From NCBI GenBank assembly GCA_041492755.1, contig JBGPXN010000156.1, forward strand, positions 1 through 10,922: a stretch of 10,922 bases of DNA, written 5' to 3'. Below the pieces are notes generated by a model. It did no database searches. It worked only from the letters and a program-made list of their open reading frames with translations, and was not told the DNA's origin. Shown here piece by piece: positions 1-7,867 of the stretch. The stretch's first letter is position 1, and every line of letters starts with the position of its first letter. The translations under genes and the position numbers were made by a program. The DNA comes from Candidatus Methylomirabilia bacterium (lineage in GTDB: Bacteria > Methylomirabilota > Methylomirabilia > Rokubacteriales > CSP1-6).

Positions 1-1774
1 CCGTCGCCGGGCTCGTCGTGCCCGTCGGGCAGCCCGTCCCGCTCCAGCCGGTGAAGTTCGACGTGCTCGCGGGCGTCGCGGAAATTTGTGCCGGCGTGCC
101 GGCCGCATACGTGCCCGCGCCCGCCGTCGTGCCCGAGCCTGTCCCCGCCACGGCGATCGTCAGCGCGTACTGCTTGAGCATGAACGTCGCCGTGCAGGTC
201 TTCGGACCGTCGACCACCACCGGCGCCGGACTCGTCGTGCCCGTCGGGCAGGCCGGCCCGCTCCAGCCGGTGAAATTCGAATCGGTGGCGGGGTTCGCTG
301 AGATCTGAGCAGAGGCGCCGGCGAGGTACGTCCCCGATCCCGTCGTCGTGCCCGATCCGGAGCCAGCCGTGTTAATCGTGAGCACGTACTGCAGCGCAAA
401 GGTCGCGGTGCACGTCCGGTCGCCGTCCATCACCACCGGGGCCGGACTGGTCGTGCCGGCCGGGCAGCTCGCGTCTCCGGTCCATCCGGTGAACACGGAG
501 CCGCCGGTCGCGGTCGCCGACACCTGCACCGACGTGCCGACCGCGTACGTGCCGGCCCCGGTCGTCGTGCCGGACCCCGCCCCCGCGCTGGTGATGGTCA
601 GCGTGTGCTGCTTCAGCGCGAACGTGGCGGTGCACGTGCGGTCGCCGTCCATCGCCACCGTGGTCGGTGTCACCGTCCCCGTCGGGCAGCCGGTGCCGCT
701 CCAGCCCGCGAAGGTCGAGTTGCCGGCCGGGGTTGCCGCGATCTGCGCCGCGGTGCCGGCGGCATACGTGCCGGCACCCGTCACCGTGCCCGACCCCGGG
801 CCCGCGGTGTTGATGCTGAGCACGTACTGATTCAGCGTGAACGTCGCCGTGCACGTCGTGTCGCCATCTATCACGATCGTGACCGGCGTCGTCGTACCGG
901 CGGGACAGCCCGTCCCGACCCAGCCGCTGAACGTCGAGTTGCTCGCCGGGGTCGCGGAGATTTGCACCGGGGTGCCGGCGGCGTACATGCTGCCCCCTGC
1001 GGTCACGCCGGTCCCCGTCCCGGCCGTCATGATGGTCAACGCGTACTGCTTGAGCGCGAACGTCGCCGTGCAGGTCCGATCGCCCTCCATCACGACAGTG
1101 GCCGCGGTCGCCGAGCCGACCGGACAGCCGGACCCGCTCCAGCCCGTGAATGTCGAGTTGCTGGCGGCGGCGGCCGTGATCTGCACGGAGGTCCCGGCCC
1201 GATACGTGCCGCCCCCCGTCGTCGTGCCCGCGCCCGGTCCGGAGGCACCGGTCGTCAACGTGTACTGATTCAGGGCGAACGTTGCGGTGCAGGTCTTGTC
1301 ACCGTCCAACACCAGCGTGGCCGACGCCGCGGCGCTGGTGGGACAGCCCGAGCCGCCCCAGGCGCTGAACGTCGAATGGGTCGCCGGATCGGCGAACATC
1401 TGGACCGCGGTGCCGGCCGCGTACGTACCGGAGCCCATGGCCGTCCCCGACCCCGTTCCCGCCATCGTGATCGTCAGCACGTACTGCCTGATCTCCTGGC
1501 ATCCGTGCTGATCCACCGCCGGGTCGCAGAGCCCGGGCGTCATCATTCCCGCCGCGTTGGTGCGGGCAATGAACGTCGCCGTGCAGACCTTGTCGCCGTC
1601 CATGACCACGGCGGCGGGGGTCACCGTCCCCGATGGACACCCCGCGCCGCTCCAGCCGCCGAACACGGAGGTGCCCGAGGCAATCGCGGAAACCTGCACG
1701 GCGGTGCCTGCCCCGTACGTACCGCTTCCCGCGGTGGCGCCCGCACCCACGGCGTTGACGTTGAGCACGTAGCG
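1..1774 (-). repeat. Tandem array of >=8 degenerate 219-bp (73-aa) InlB B-repeat-like (Flg_new_2-type) units
   Basis: The QY/QH anchor recurs at + strand positions 167, 386, 605, 824, 1043, 1262 and 1481 (219-bp steps), and as RY at 1769. Consensus: QYxLTIxxAGxGSGTTxGxGTYxAGTxVQISAxPAxxSxFxGWSGxGCPxGTTxPxxVVMDGDxTCTATFxL. Confidence 0.93.
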
Positions 1775-2917
1775 GAGTGGCTGCGAAGCGGGCATAGAAA
1801 ACGACGATGCCGCCGGAGGCGGCGGCGAGGACGGAACGGAGGCCGGCGGTGTTACCGCCAAGGGCGGCGGCGGCGGCGACGGCGGCGGGGACGACGACGA
1901 CAAGGGCGACCACAGCAGGGACGGAGAGAGTGGCGACGGCGGTGGGGAGGGGGGCACCGACAAAGACGGCGGCGGCGCCGCTGACAACTGTGTCGGCGGC
2001 GCGTTCTCGACGTCAACGCTCACGACGTCAGACACCGAGTCGACGCCGATGGGGCCGGACCTCCTCGCCTCGGCCCAGATCCTGTGACTGCCGTTCGCCA
2101 CGCTCGCGGTATCCCAGGTGTATCGACACGGGCCATTGATCGGGTCGCAACTCGCGACCACCACGCCGTCGATGAGGATGCCGAGCCACTGCCCGAGCTC
2201 GAGCGGCTGGGACGGTTCCGCGGTGATCACGACCGCGCCCGAAGCGGGCGACGGCGCGCTCAGAAACACGTTCAGCGTGGCCTGGTTCGCCACCTGCACC
2301 GCGATCGCGTCGGACGTGATCGACGACTGCCCGGTGCTGGCAACTGCCCACACGGTGTGGGGACCGTTCGCGACCGCAGCGGTGTCCCACGGCAGCGCGC
2401 ACGGCGCCGATGGGCAGCTGCCGACGACCACGCCGTCCACGAGCACCTGCAGGGTCGCGGCCCAGCCGTGAAACGACCTGGCATCAGCCACGATGGTCAC
2501 GATGCCCGTGGCCGCCGCGGGCACCTGAACCTCCAGGGTGTTGTCCACCTCCACGCTGATCGGGCGGGACGTCCAGGACGCGCTCTCATCGGCACCGGTG
2601 CCCCATACTTCGTGGGGACCGTTCGCGGCCGATGTCGTGTCCCAGGTCACCGCGCAGGGGGCCGTGACGCAGTGGGCGACGAGGGCGCCGTCGATGAAGA
2701 GCTGGAGCGTCTTGAGCGTGCGCTGGGGGGCGTCGAGGGTGAGGGTCAGGGCTCCGGGTCCCGAGGGCACCGCGGACAGCGTCAGGTCATTCGCGTCGTC
2801 CTGGGCGTGAGCAGTTGGGCAGAGCCATAGCGCCGCGACCACGAGCGCAGCGAAAAACGCCCGTGGCCGTACGTGAGAAACAATCGCCGCAACAGCCGCC
2901 CCGTAGGCGTTCGTCAC
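1..2917 (-). CDS. Large secreted/surface repeat protein (putative adhesin), 3'-truncated by the window edge: signal peptide, 3 Ig-like domains, Pro/Ser linker, >=8 InlB-B-like repeats
   Basis: Manual translation gives an open frame of 972 codons from GTG at 2917 to base 1. An in-frame TAA lies 13 codons upstream of the GTG. The N-terminus [42 protein letters not shown] has basic residues, a hydrophobic core and an AHA cleavage motif. The exact start codon is less certain than the frame. Confidence 0.92.
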   Translation of the reverse strand, partial: MTNAYGAAVAAIVSHVRPRAFFAALVVAALWLCPTAHAQDDANDLTLSAVPSGPGALTLTLDAPQRTLKTLQLFIDGALVAHCVTAPCAVTWDTTSAANGPHEVWGTGADESASWTSRPISVEVDNTLEVQVPAAATGIVTIVADARSFHGWAATLQVLVDGVVVGSCPSAPCALPWDTAAVANGPHTVWAVASTGQSSITSDAIAVQVANQATLNVFLSAPSPASGAVVITAEPSQPLELGQWLGILIDGVVVASCDPINGPCRYTWDTASVANGSHRIWAEARRSGPIGVDSVSDVVSVDVENAPPTQLSAAPPPSLSVPPSPPPSPLSPSLLWSPLSSSSPPPSPPPPPLAVTPPASVPSSPPPPAASSFSMPASQPLRYVLNVNAVGAGATAGSGTYGAGTAVQVSAIASGTSVFGGWSGAGCPSGTVTPAAVVMDGDKVCTATFIARTNAAGMMTPGLCDPAVDQHGCQEIRQYVLTITMAGTGSGTAMGSGTYAAGTAVQMFADPATHSTFSAWGGSGCPTSAAASATLVLDGDKTCTATFALNQYTLTTGASGPGAGTTTGGGTYRAGTSVQITAAAASNSTFTGWSGSGCPVGSATAATVVMEGDRTCTATFALKQYALTIMTAGTGTGVTAGGSMYAAGTPVQISATPASNSTFSGWVGTGCPAGTTTPVTIVIDGDTTCTATFTLNQYVLSINTAGPGSGTVTGAGTYAAGTAAQIAATPAGNSTFAGWSGTGCPTGTVTPTTVAMDGDRTCTATFALKQHTLTITSAGAGSGTTTGAGTYAVGTSVQVSATATGGSVFTGWTGDASCPAGTTSPAPVVMDGDRTCTATFALQYVLTINTAGSGSGTTTGSGTYLAGASAQISANPATDSNFTGWSGPACPTGTTSPAPVVVDGPKTCTATFMLKQYALTIAVAGTGSGTTAGAGTYAAGTPAQISATPASTSNFTGWSGTGCPTGTTSPAT
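1775..2002 (-). repeat. Low-complexity Pro/Ser-rich linker (76 aa)
   Basis: Translates as [82 protein letters not shown] triplet runs on the + strand. Confidence 0.9.
2003..2803 (-). repeat. Three tandem bacterial Ig-like (Big_7-like) domains, ~85-91 aa each
   Basis: The motif (I/V)DGxxVxxC..PCxxxWDTxxxANGxHx(V/I)W...VxVxN occurs three times. The Trp codons of WDT start at 2644, 2389 and 2116. Confidence 0.8.
2804..2917 (-). other. Predicted Sec/SPI signal peptide (38 aa) of the surface protein
   Basis: RPR, then [13 protein letters not shown], then PTAHA followed by polar QDDAND. Confidence 0.75.
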
Positions 2918-3657
2918 GGCCTTCGCGCGCCGATCAATCCAGACACCTCTCGGTTACAGACTTCCCTCTCGGGACTGGACGGAGGCGCCTCAGCGCGCTC
3001 CGAAGCGGATGGCAGGCACACCCTTGATGCGCTCTCGGCAGCACCGTCCGTCAAAGCCGTACCGCCGCGGGCGCGCCATGCATCACAGGAGGACCAAAAA
3101 TCCGGCATCGCTCGTCAGCAGTTGTCGCCCGGGCGCAACGCCGATTCCTGCTCCGAAAATTCGGGGAGTAACGTCTACAAACGGTGTGCCGCAGGGTGAA
3201 CAATTCTTCCCAGCCGGAGCCAGGAGTCTTGGGGGCTCTTTTCCGCCTTTCGTGGCAGCCAGTTACCGCGATCTTCCGATGCGGCTCAACTCGCGTGGTT
3301 GTCCGCAGTCCTGTGCACGCTCACTTCACGGTGGGTAGGCGGCTTCATACTTCGACGGGGCTGTGCGCATTACGGTAGGCGGGCGGGTAGAACGCCCCTA
3401 AATCCAAGGGCTTACCGGCGTGGCGCCCCGTTGCGACGAGGCTCAGGCCGCCGCATGGTCCAGGACACTCGTCGGGAGGAGATCGCGCCCGCGTAGCGTC
3501 ACGCCAGGCGAGCCTCGGCGCGGCTCCGCAAGAGACGTCATCCGGTCGCCCGCGAAACGCATTGCCCTGGCGCGCCGCCGCGGATTTCGGACGTATCACG
3601 TCGGGGTTTTCCCGACGCCGCCGGCTGAATGACATCGTGATCGGAGGGCGAGGCCGA

Positions 3658-3663
3658 TATAGT
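3658..3663 (+). promoter_or_regulatory. Candidate sigma70 -10 element (TATAGT) for the kinase gene
   Basis: 5/6 match to TATAAT in high-GC context, 18 nt before ATG 3682. No convincing -35 at the correct spacing. Confidence 0.4.
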
Positions 3664-3681
3664 ACGGTGGGTGCAGTGACG

Positions 3682-5277
3682 ATGACGTCGGTCATGCCTG
3701 AGGCCGGCCGCTTCGACGCGCGAATCATGATCGTCGACGACGAGCCAGTGAATGTCCGGCTCCTCGAACGTCTCCTCGGAAGCTCCGGCTACACGAGGCT
3801 CCGAAGTACCACCGATGCGAGGGAGGCCCTCGGGCTCTTCGAGAGCTTCGATCCCGACATCGTCCTGCTCGACCTCCTCATGCCCCATCTCGACGGCTTC
3901 GTGGTCATGAAGCAGCTCGTGCATCTCGTGCCTGAGGGGGCCTACCTGCCGATCCTGGTGCTCACCGCTGACGCCACGCCGGACACGAAGAAGCGCGCCC
4001 TCGCCGCCGGTGCCAAAGACTTCCTCACGAAACCCTTCGACATCACCGAAGTCCTGTTGCGTATCGGGAACCTGCTCGAGACGCGGCGCCTGACCCGCGA
4101 GCTCCAGAACCAGAACGAGCGCCTCGAAGAGCAGGTGCGCGAGCGCACGGAGCGGCTGCTGCAGACGGAGAAGGTGGCCACGCTCGGCTCGCTCCTGGCC
4201 GGTGTCGCTCACGAGCTGAACAATCCGCTGACGATCATCACGGGCTGGACGGCCCTGCTCCAGGACTCGTTGCCGCCGGGAGCGGCGACCGGCCAGCTCG
4301 ATCGCATCGGGACGGCGGCGAGCCGGTGCGTGCGAATCATCAAGAACTTCCTGGCCCTGGCGCGTCGCTGGCCGCCCGAGCGCGGTCCCGTGGCCCTCAA
4401 CACGATGATCCGGGAGACCCTGGAGTTCCTCGGCTACGAGCTGCGCACGGCCGACGTTCAGGTGCAGATGAACCTGGCCGAAAACCTGCCCCGGCTGTGG
4501 GCCGACCCGCACCAGATCCAGCAGGTGTTGGTGAACCTCATCGTCAACGCCGACCAGGCGATGCGCAACATTCCGCCGCCACGCTCGTTGACGATCACGA
4601 CCCGCCTGGACGCGGCCCGGGAGCACGTCGAGCTGGCCGTCGGTGACAACGGACCCGGCGTGCCACCGGAAATCCAGGCGCGGATCTTCGAGCCGTTCTT
4701 CACGACCAAGCCTCTCGGCTCGGGCACGGGGCTCGGACTCTCGCTCTGCCAGGGCATCGTGGAGGGGCACGGAGGAACGATCCGGCTGGACAGTCGGCCC
4801 GGCACCGGCACGACGTTCACGGTCGCCCTGGCGCTCGGCACGCCCGACGGCGTCGAGCCGGAGTCGAGCTCGCCAGACACCGCCCCGGCCGTTCGGAGCC
4901 AAAGAGTTCTGGTCGTTGACGACGAGCCCGCGGTGGCCGACCTGCTCGCGGAGATGCTGACCCGAGACGGCCATCAGGTGGAGACCGCCGACAACGGGAT
5001 CACCGCTCTCGAAAGGCTCCGCGGGCAGGTCTACGACGTCATTCTCAGCGACAGTGGGATGCCGGGCCTGGACGGCCTCGGGCTCTATCGCGCGGTCGAG
5101 CGCCTCCAGCCGCGCTTGCTCGGCCGATTCATCTTCCTCTCCGGCGACACGTTGAACCCGAAGACGAGCGAATTTCTCGACGCGGTGGAAGCTCGACGGG
5201 TCAACAAACCCTTCACGCTCGACCAGGTGCGCGAGGTCGTCCGCCGGGCGGTCTCCGAATCGCCCGGCTCACCATAG
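3682..5277 (+). CDS. Cytoplasmic hybrid histidine kinase, REC-HisKA-HATPase_c-REC
   Basis: N-terminal receiver (IMIVDDE, LLDLLMP, LTKPF), H-box AHELNNPL, N-box NLIVNA, G1 DNGPG, F-box FEPFFTTK, G2 GTGLGL, and C-terminal receiver (VLVVDDE, LSDSGMP, NKPF). Start placed at ATG 3682 (alternatives GTG 3667, GTG 3676, ATG 3694) rather than the ORF-track start at 3562. Confidence 0.93.
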   Translation: MTSVMPEAGRFDARIMIVDDEPVNVRLLERLLGSSGYTRLRSTTDAREALGLFESFDPDIVLLDLLMPHLDGFVVMKQLVHLVPEGAYLPILVLTADATPDTKKRALAAGAKDFLTKPFDITEVLLRIGNLLETRRLTRELQNQNERLEEQVRERTERLLQTEKVATLGSLLAGVAHELNNPLTIITGWTALLQDSLPPGAATGQLDRIGTAASRCVRIIKNFLALARRWPPERGPVALNTMIRETLEFLGYELRTADVQVQMNLAENLPRLWADPHQIQQVLVNLIVNADQAMRNIPPPRSLTITTRLDAAREHVELAVGDNGPGVPPEIQARIFEPFFTTKPLGSGTGLGLSLCQGIVEGHGGTIRLDSRPGTGTTFTVALALGTPDGVEPESSSPDTAPAVRSQRVLVVDDEPAVADLLAEMLTRDGHQVETADNGITALERLRGQVYDVILSDSGMPGLDGLGLYRAVERLQPRLLGRFIFLSGDTLNPKTSEFLDAVEARRVNKPFTLDQVREVVRRAVSESPGSP

Positions 5278-5322
5278 CCCTCGACGGAGCGCTGCGCGCG
5301 TAGGGACCGACACGTCGCGAGA

Positions 5323-6597
5323 CTACGCCAGGTGACGGACGCGAGTCGGTAGGGCGTTCAGCTCCTCGGCGCCGGTGGCGGTGACGAGGACGCCGGCGCC
5401 GATGTTGACGCGGTGACTGCCGAGACACGCGTTCGGCTCGAGTTCCAGCGCCATGCCCGGACCGAGGACGAGATCGCCGCGACGGATGCCCGGCGTGATC
5501 TGGCTCTCGATGTGCCCTTCGCGCGTGCCGGCGAGTTGTGCGCGGTTGACGCCCGTGAAGCCGGTCGCGCCGAAGGTCAGCGTGTGCGCGAGCGGGGTCT
5601 TGGCCCAGCAGCCGGCGGCGCGGATCGGGGCTTCCATGGCGCGCACGATGTCGGCGAACGTCACGCCCGGCCGGACGGCGGCCAGGCCCGCCTCGTAGGC
5701 CCGGCGCGCGGCGTCCTCGCACACGCGGTTCGTGTCGTCCACCGGGTCGAGCGCCACCGACATCTGGACCTGCGCTTCCTGCCCGCCGTAGCAGGTGTGG
5801 ATCTCGGCCTGCACCAGGTCGCCGACGCGGACGCGCCGGGGCGGCTCCGCCCGCACGATCCAGCGCGGCGGCCCCCAGCCGATATTGGCGGGACCCGAGT
5901 GCAGGCTCATCGCCGGGTAGCGCGCGTCGCAGCCGTGGCGGTAGATCTCGCGCATCAGCTCGGCGTAGATCGCCGCCTCGCTCGTTCCCGGGCGCGTGAC
6001 CTCCAGCATCACTCCGCAGACCTTCTCGCTCACGCGCGCGGCATACCGCAGCAGCGCCAGCTCCTCGTCGCTCTTCACGAGGATGAGATCGGTGAAGGCG
6101 CGCGTGAAATCGTCGAAGACGGCGTGGGGCAACGCCGCGGTGAGATTCTTCCAGAAGCCGAGCGGCAGCAACCCCTCCGTCTCCCCCGGCGCCGTCGGCC
6201 CGAAGCCGACGAGGCCGATCCGTCCCCGGTCGAGCTTCATTTCGACGAGAACCTGGGCGGCGGCGGCGCCGCCGAACGCCACGCGATAGTCCGTCACCCA
6301 GGGCTCAAGTCCGCGCGCGGCGCTCTCGTCGGCGCGGGAGATGCGCGAGGTCGAGAACGCGAGGACCGTGGGCTCGCCGTCGAGCGGAAAGACGACAACC
6401 GAATCCAGGAAATCGTCGATGAGATAGCTCTCCAGGCGCTCGCGGCCCTGGAAGCTCCCGACGATGACGGCGTCCAGCCCTTGCCGTCGCATGAGGGCCC
6501 GCATCGCCTGCCAGCGGCGGTCGCGCTCCAGGAGCGAGAGCGTCGGGCCGGGCTCATCCGGCCCGTCGCTGACGGGTGGCGTGGCGCGGGCGCTCAC
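5323..6597 (-). CDS. M24 (pita-bread fold) Xaa-Pro peptidase/creatinase-like protein with non-canonical active site
   Basis: Creatinase/prolidase-like N-domain (RRWQAMRALMRRQGLDAVIVG), hinge VKSDEELALLRYAA, RPGTSE, GDLV, VRPGVTFADI and PGMALELEP. GTG start lies 4 nt after the Rieske stop. Confidence 0.88.
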   Translation of the reverse strand: MSARATPPVSDGPDEPGPTLSLLERDRRWQAMRALMRRQGLDAVIVGSFQGRERLESYLIDDFLDSVVVFPLDGEPTVLAFSTSRISRADESAARGLEPWVTDYRVAFGGAAAAQVLVEMKLDRGRIGLVGFGPTAPGETEGLLPLGFWKNLTAALPHAVFDDFTRAFTDLILVKSDEELALLRYAARVSEKVCGVMLEVTRPGTSEAAIYAELMREIYRHGCDARYPAMSLHSGPANIGWGPPRWIVRAEPPRRVRVGDLVQAEIHTCYGGQEAQVQMSVALDPVDDTNRVCEDAARRAYEAGLAAVRPGVTFADIVRAMEAPIRAAGCWAKTPLAHTLTFGATGFTGVNRAQLAGTREGHIESQITPGIRRGDLVLGPGMALELEPNACLGSHRVNIGAGVLVTATGAEELNALPTRVRHLA

Positions 6598-6601
6598 GCC
6601 G

Positions 6602-7867
6602 TCACGGGTCGCGCTGCTGCTCGATCTCCATGCGCGGGCGCACGTCGACGAGCGTCGGCGGACCGACGTCGGCCCCGTCGCGCCCGTTCGTCGAGAGCGG
6701 CATGGGCTGGTCGCCCAGACGCCAGGCGCGGGGGCCGAGCCCCGGTGGACGGGTCCAGCGCGCGAGCGGCCGGCCTTCCGCGAGTGCCCGCAACTCGCGC
6801 AGCCAGAGCTTGCGAATGGCGATCACGCCGGTATCCGCGCGGCCCAGGCGCTCACGCTCACGGTCCGCGATCCGACCCTGGCCGACCTGCGCGACGTCGT
6901 CCTGCAACCGCACCAGGTCGACGTGCACGCGATCGACGTCGGCCAGACGCAGCTCGCCGGCGAGGATGCGCTCGGCCGCCGCCTGGTGGGCCACGTCGAT
7001 GCGCGCGCGGCGCGCCAGCCGGCGCTCGTGCACGCGCCCGACGGCGTCGCCCTTCACGGGGACGCGGTGGAGACTGAACTGCACGTGCTGCTCGTCGTCG
7101 ACGGGCACCCACCAAAAGAGCGACTCCTGCCAGCCGATCTCGGGGTCGGTGGGCAGGGCCGTCATGTGGAAGATGTTCGGCATCCCGAACTGCTGCACCC
7201 GCACCTGCCCTTCGGCGCGCATCGAGGTGTAGGTGATGCCCCAGGCGCTGTCCTCGGCGGTGAGGCTCTGCCCGTGGCCGATACCGGCGAACGACGCCTC
7301 GTTGTCGCGGTGCACGAAGCCGACGTGGCTCATGTCGAGGGAGTTCTCGAGATTCTGGAAGTAGTTGCAGCGGCGACGGTAGGAATCCAGCTCGAGCAGT
7401 CCCTCGAAGCGCTCGAACTCGGGATAGCGCGGGAACTCCGGCGGGTCCCCTTCGCCGAGATAGGCGAAGACGAGTCCCAGGTACTCGCGCGCGGGATGAC
7501 TGCGAATCCGCACCTTGGCGGCGAAGTCGGGCTGCTCGGCCGGCTGCTCCACGCACTGCCCGCAGCCGTCGTACGTCCACCCGTGATAGAAGCAGCGGAT
7601 GCACTCGCCTTCCACCCATCCCACCGAGAGCTGCGTGCCGCGATGCGCGCAGCGGAAGTCGACCAGGTACGGCGCGCCGCCCTCGCCCCGGTAAAGCGTG
7701 AAGCTCTCGCCCAGCACGCGCACCGGTCGCGCCTGCCCCGCGGGCAGATCCGGAGCGTGATAGATCGGCTGCCAGAACGAGCGCAGGTACCGGCCAGCCA
7801 GCGTCCCCGGCCCAGTCCGCACGAAATCGTGTGCGCTGACCTCCACGCCCACCCGCGCGTCAGTCAT
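6602..7867 (-). CDS. Rieske non-heme iron oxygenase alpha subunit (phthalate 4,5-dioxygenase / LigXa O-demethylase-like)
   Basis: Rieske ligands CAHRG and CFYHGW; mononuclear Fe motif ENSLDMSHVGFVH and QDD; family-typical GPGTLAGRYLRSFWQP and RLGRADTGVIAIRKLW. ATG 7867 overlaps the upstream stop (ATGA), giving 421 aa rather than the 592 aa of the ORF track. Confidence 0.92.
   Translation of the reverse strand: MTDARVGVEVSAHDFVRTGPGTLAGRYLRSFWQPIYHAPDLPAGQARPVRVLGESFTLYRGEGGAPYLVDFRCAHRGTQLSVGWVEGECIRCFYHGWTYDGCGQCVEQPAEQPDFAAKVRIRSHPAREYLGLVFAYLGEGDPPEFPRYPEFERFEGLLELDSYRRRCNYFQNLENSLDMSHVGFVHRDNEASFAGIGHGQSLTAEDSAWGITYTSMRAEGQVRVQQFGMPNIFHMTALPTDPEIGWQESLFWWVPVDDEQHVQFSLHRVPVKGDAVGRVHERRLARRARIDVAHQAAAERILAGELRLADVDRVHVDLVRLQDDVAQVGQGRIADRERERLGRADTGVIAIRKLWLRELRALAEGRPLARWTRPPGLGPRAWRLGDQPMPLSTNGRDGADVGPPTLVDVRPRMEIEQQRDP

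Noticed and set aside
1..1774. Tandem repeats as a CRISPR array or diversity-generating retroelement target
   Set aside because: Units are 219 bp, degenerate and in-frame coding with no repeat-spacer structure. No cas or reverse transcriptase gene is in the window, and differences are not adenine-specific.
1944..1954. G-rich run as a phase-variation tract
   Set aside because: The longest pure run is only 6 G and is explained by Pro codons in the linker.
18..2830. Many plus-strand and off-frame ORFs (e.g. 605..1984 +, 348..830 +, 1299..1913 -, 2084..2830 +)
   Set aside because: Antisense or frame shadows of the long minus-strand repeat gene; Arg-rich or mirror-periodic translations with no family motifs.
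3421..3434. TGGCGCCCCGTTGC as a sigma54 promoter
   Set aside because: GG-to-GC spacing is 9 nt, not the required 10.
3437..3517. Inverted repeat CGAGGCTC / GAGCCTCG
   Set aside because: Only 8 bp, 65 nt apart in GC-rich DNA; no transposase or further support for a MITE or structured RNA.
3562..3681. N-terminal extension of the kinase in the ORF track
   Set aside because: It precedes the receiver domain, looks non-coding and contains the candidate -10 box.
2815..3728. Short ORFs of 64-127 aa in and around the intergenic region
   Set aside because: No recognisable motifs or RBS, mutually overlapping, and expected by chance at this GC content.
5278..5322. Intrinsic terminator between the convergent kinase and M24 genes
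   Set aside because: No strong hairpin with a U-tract on either strand.
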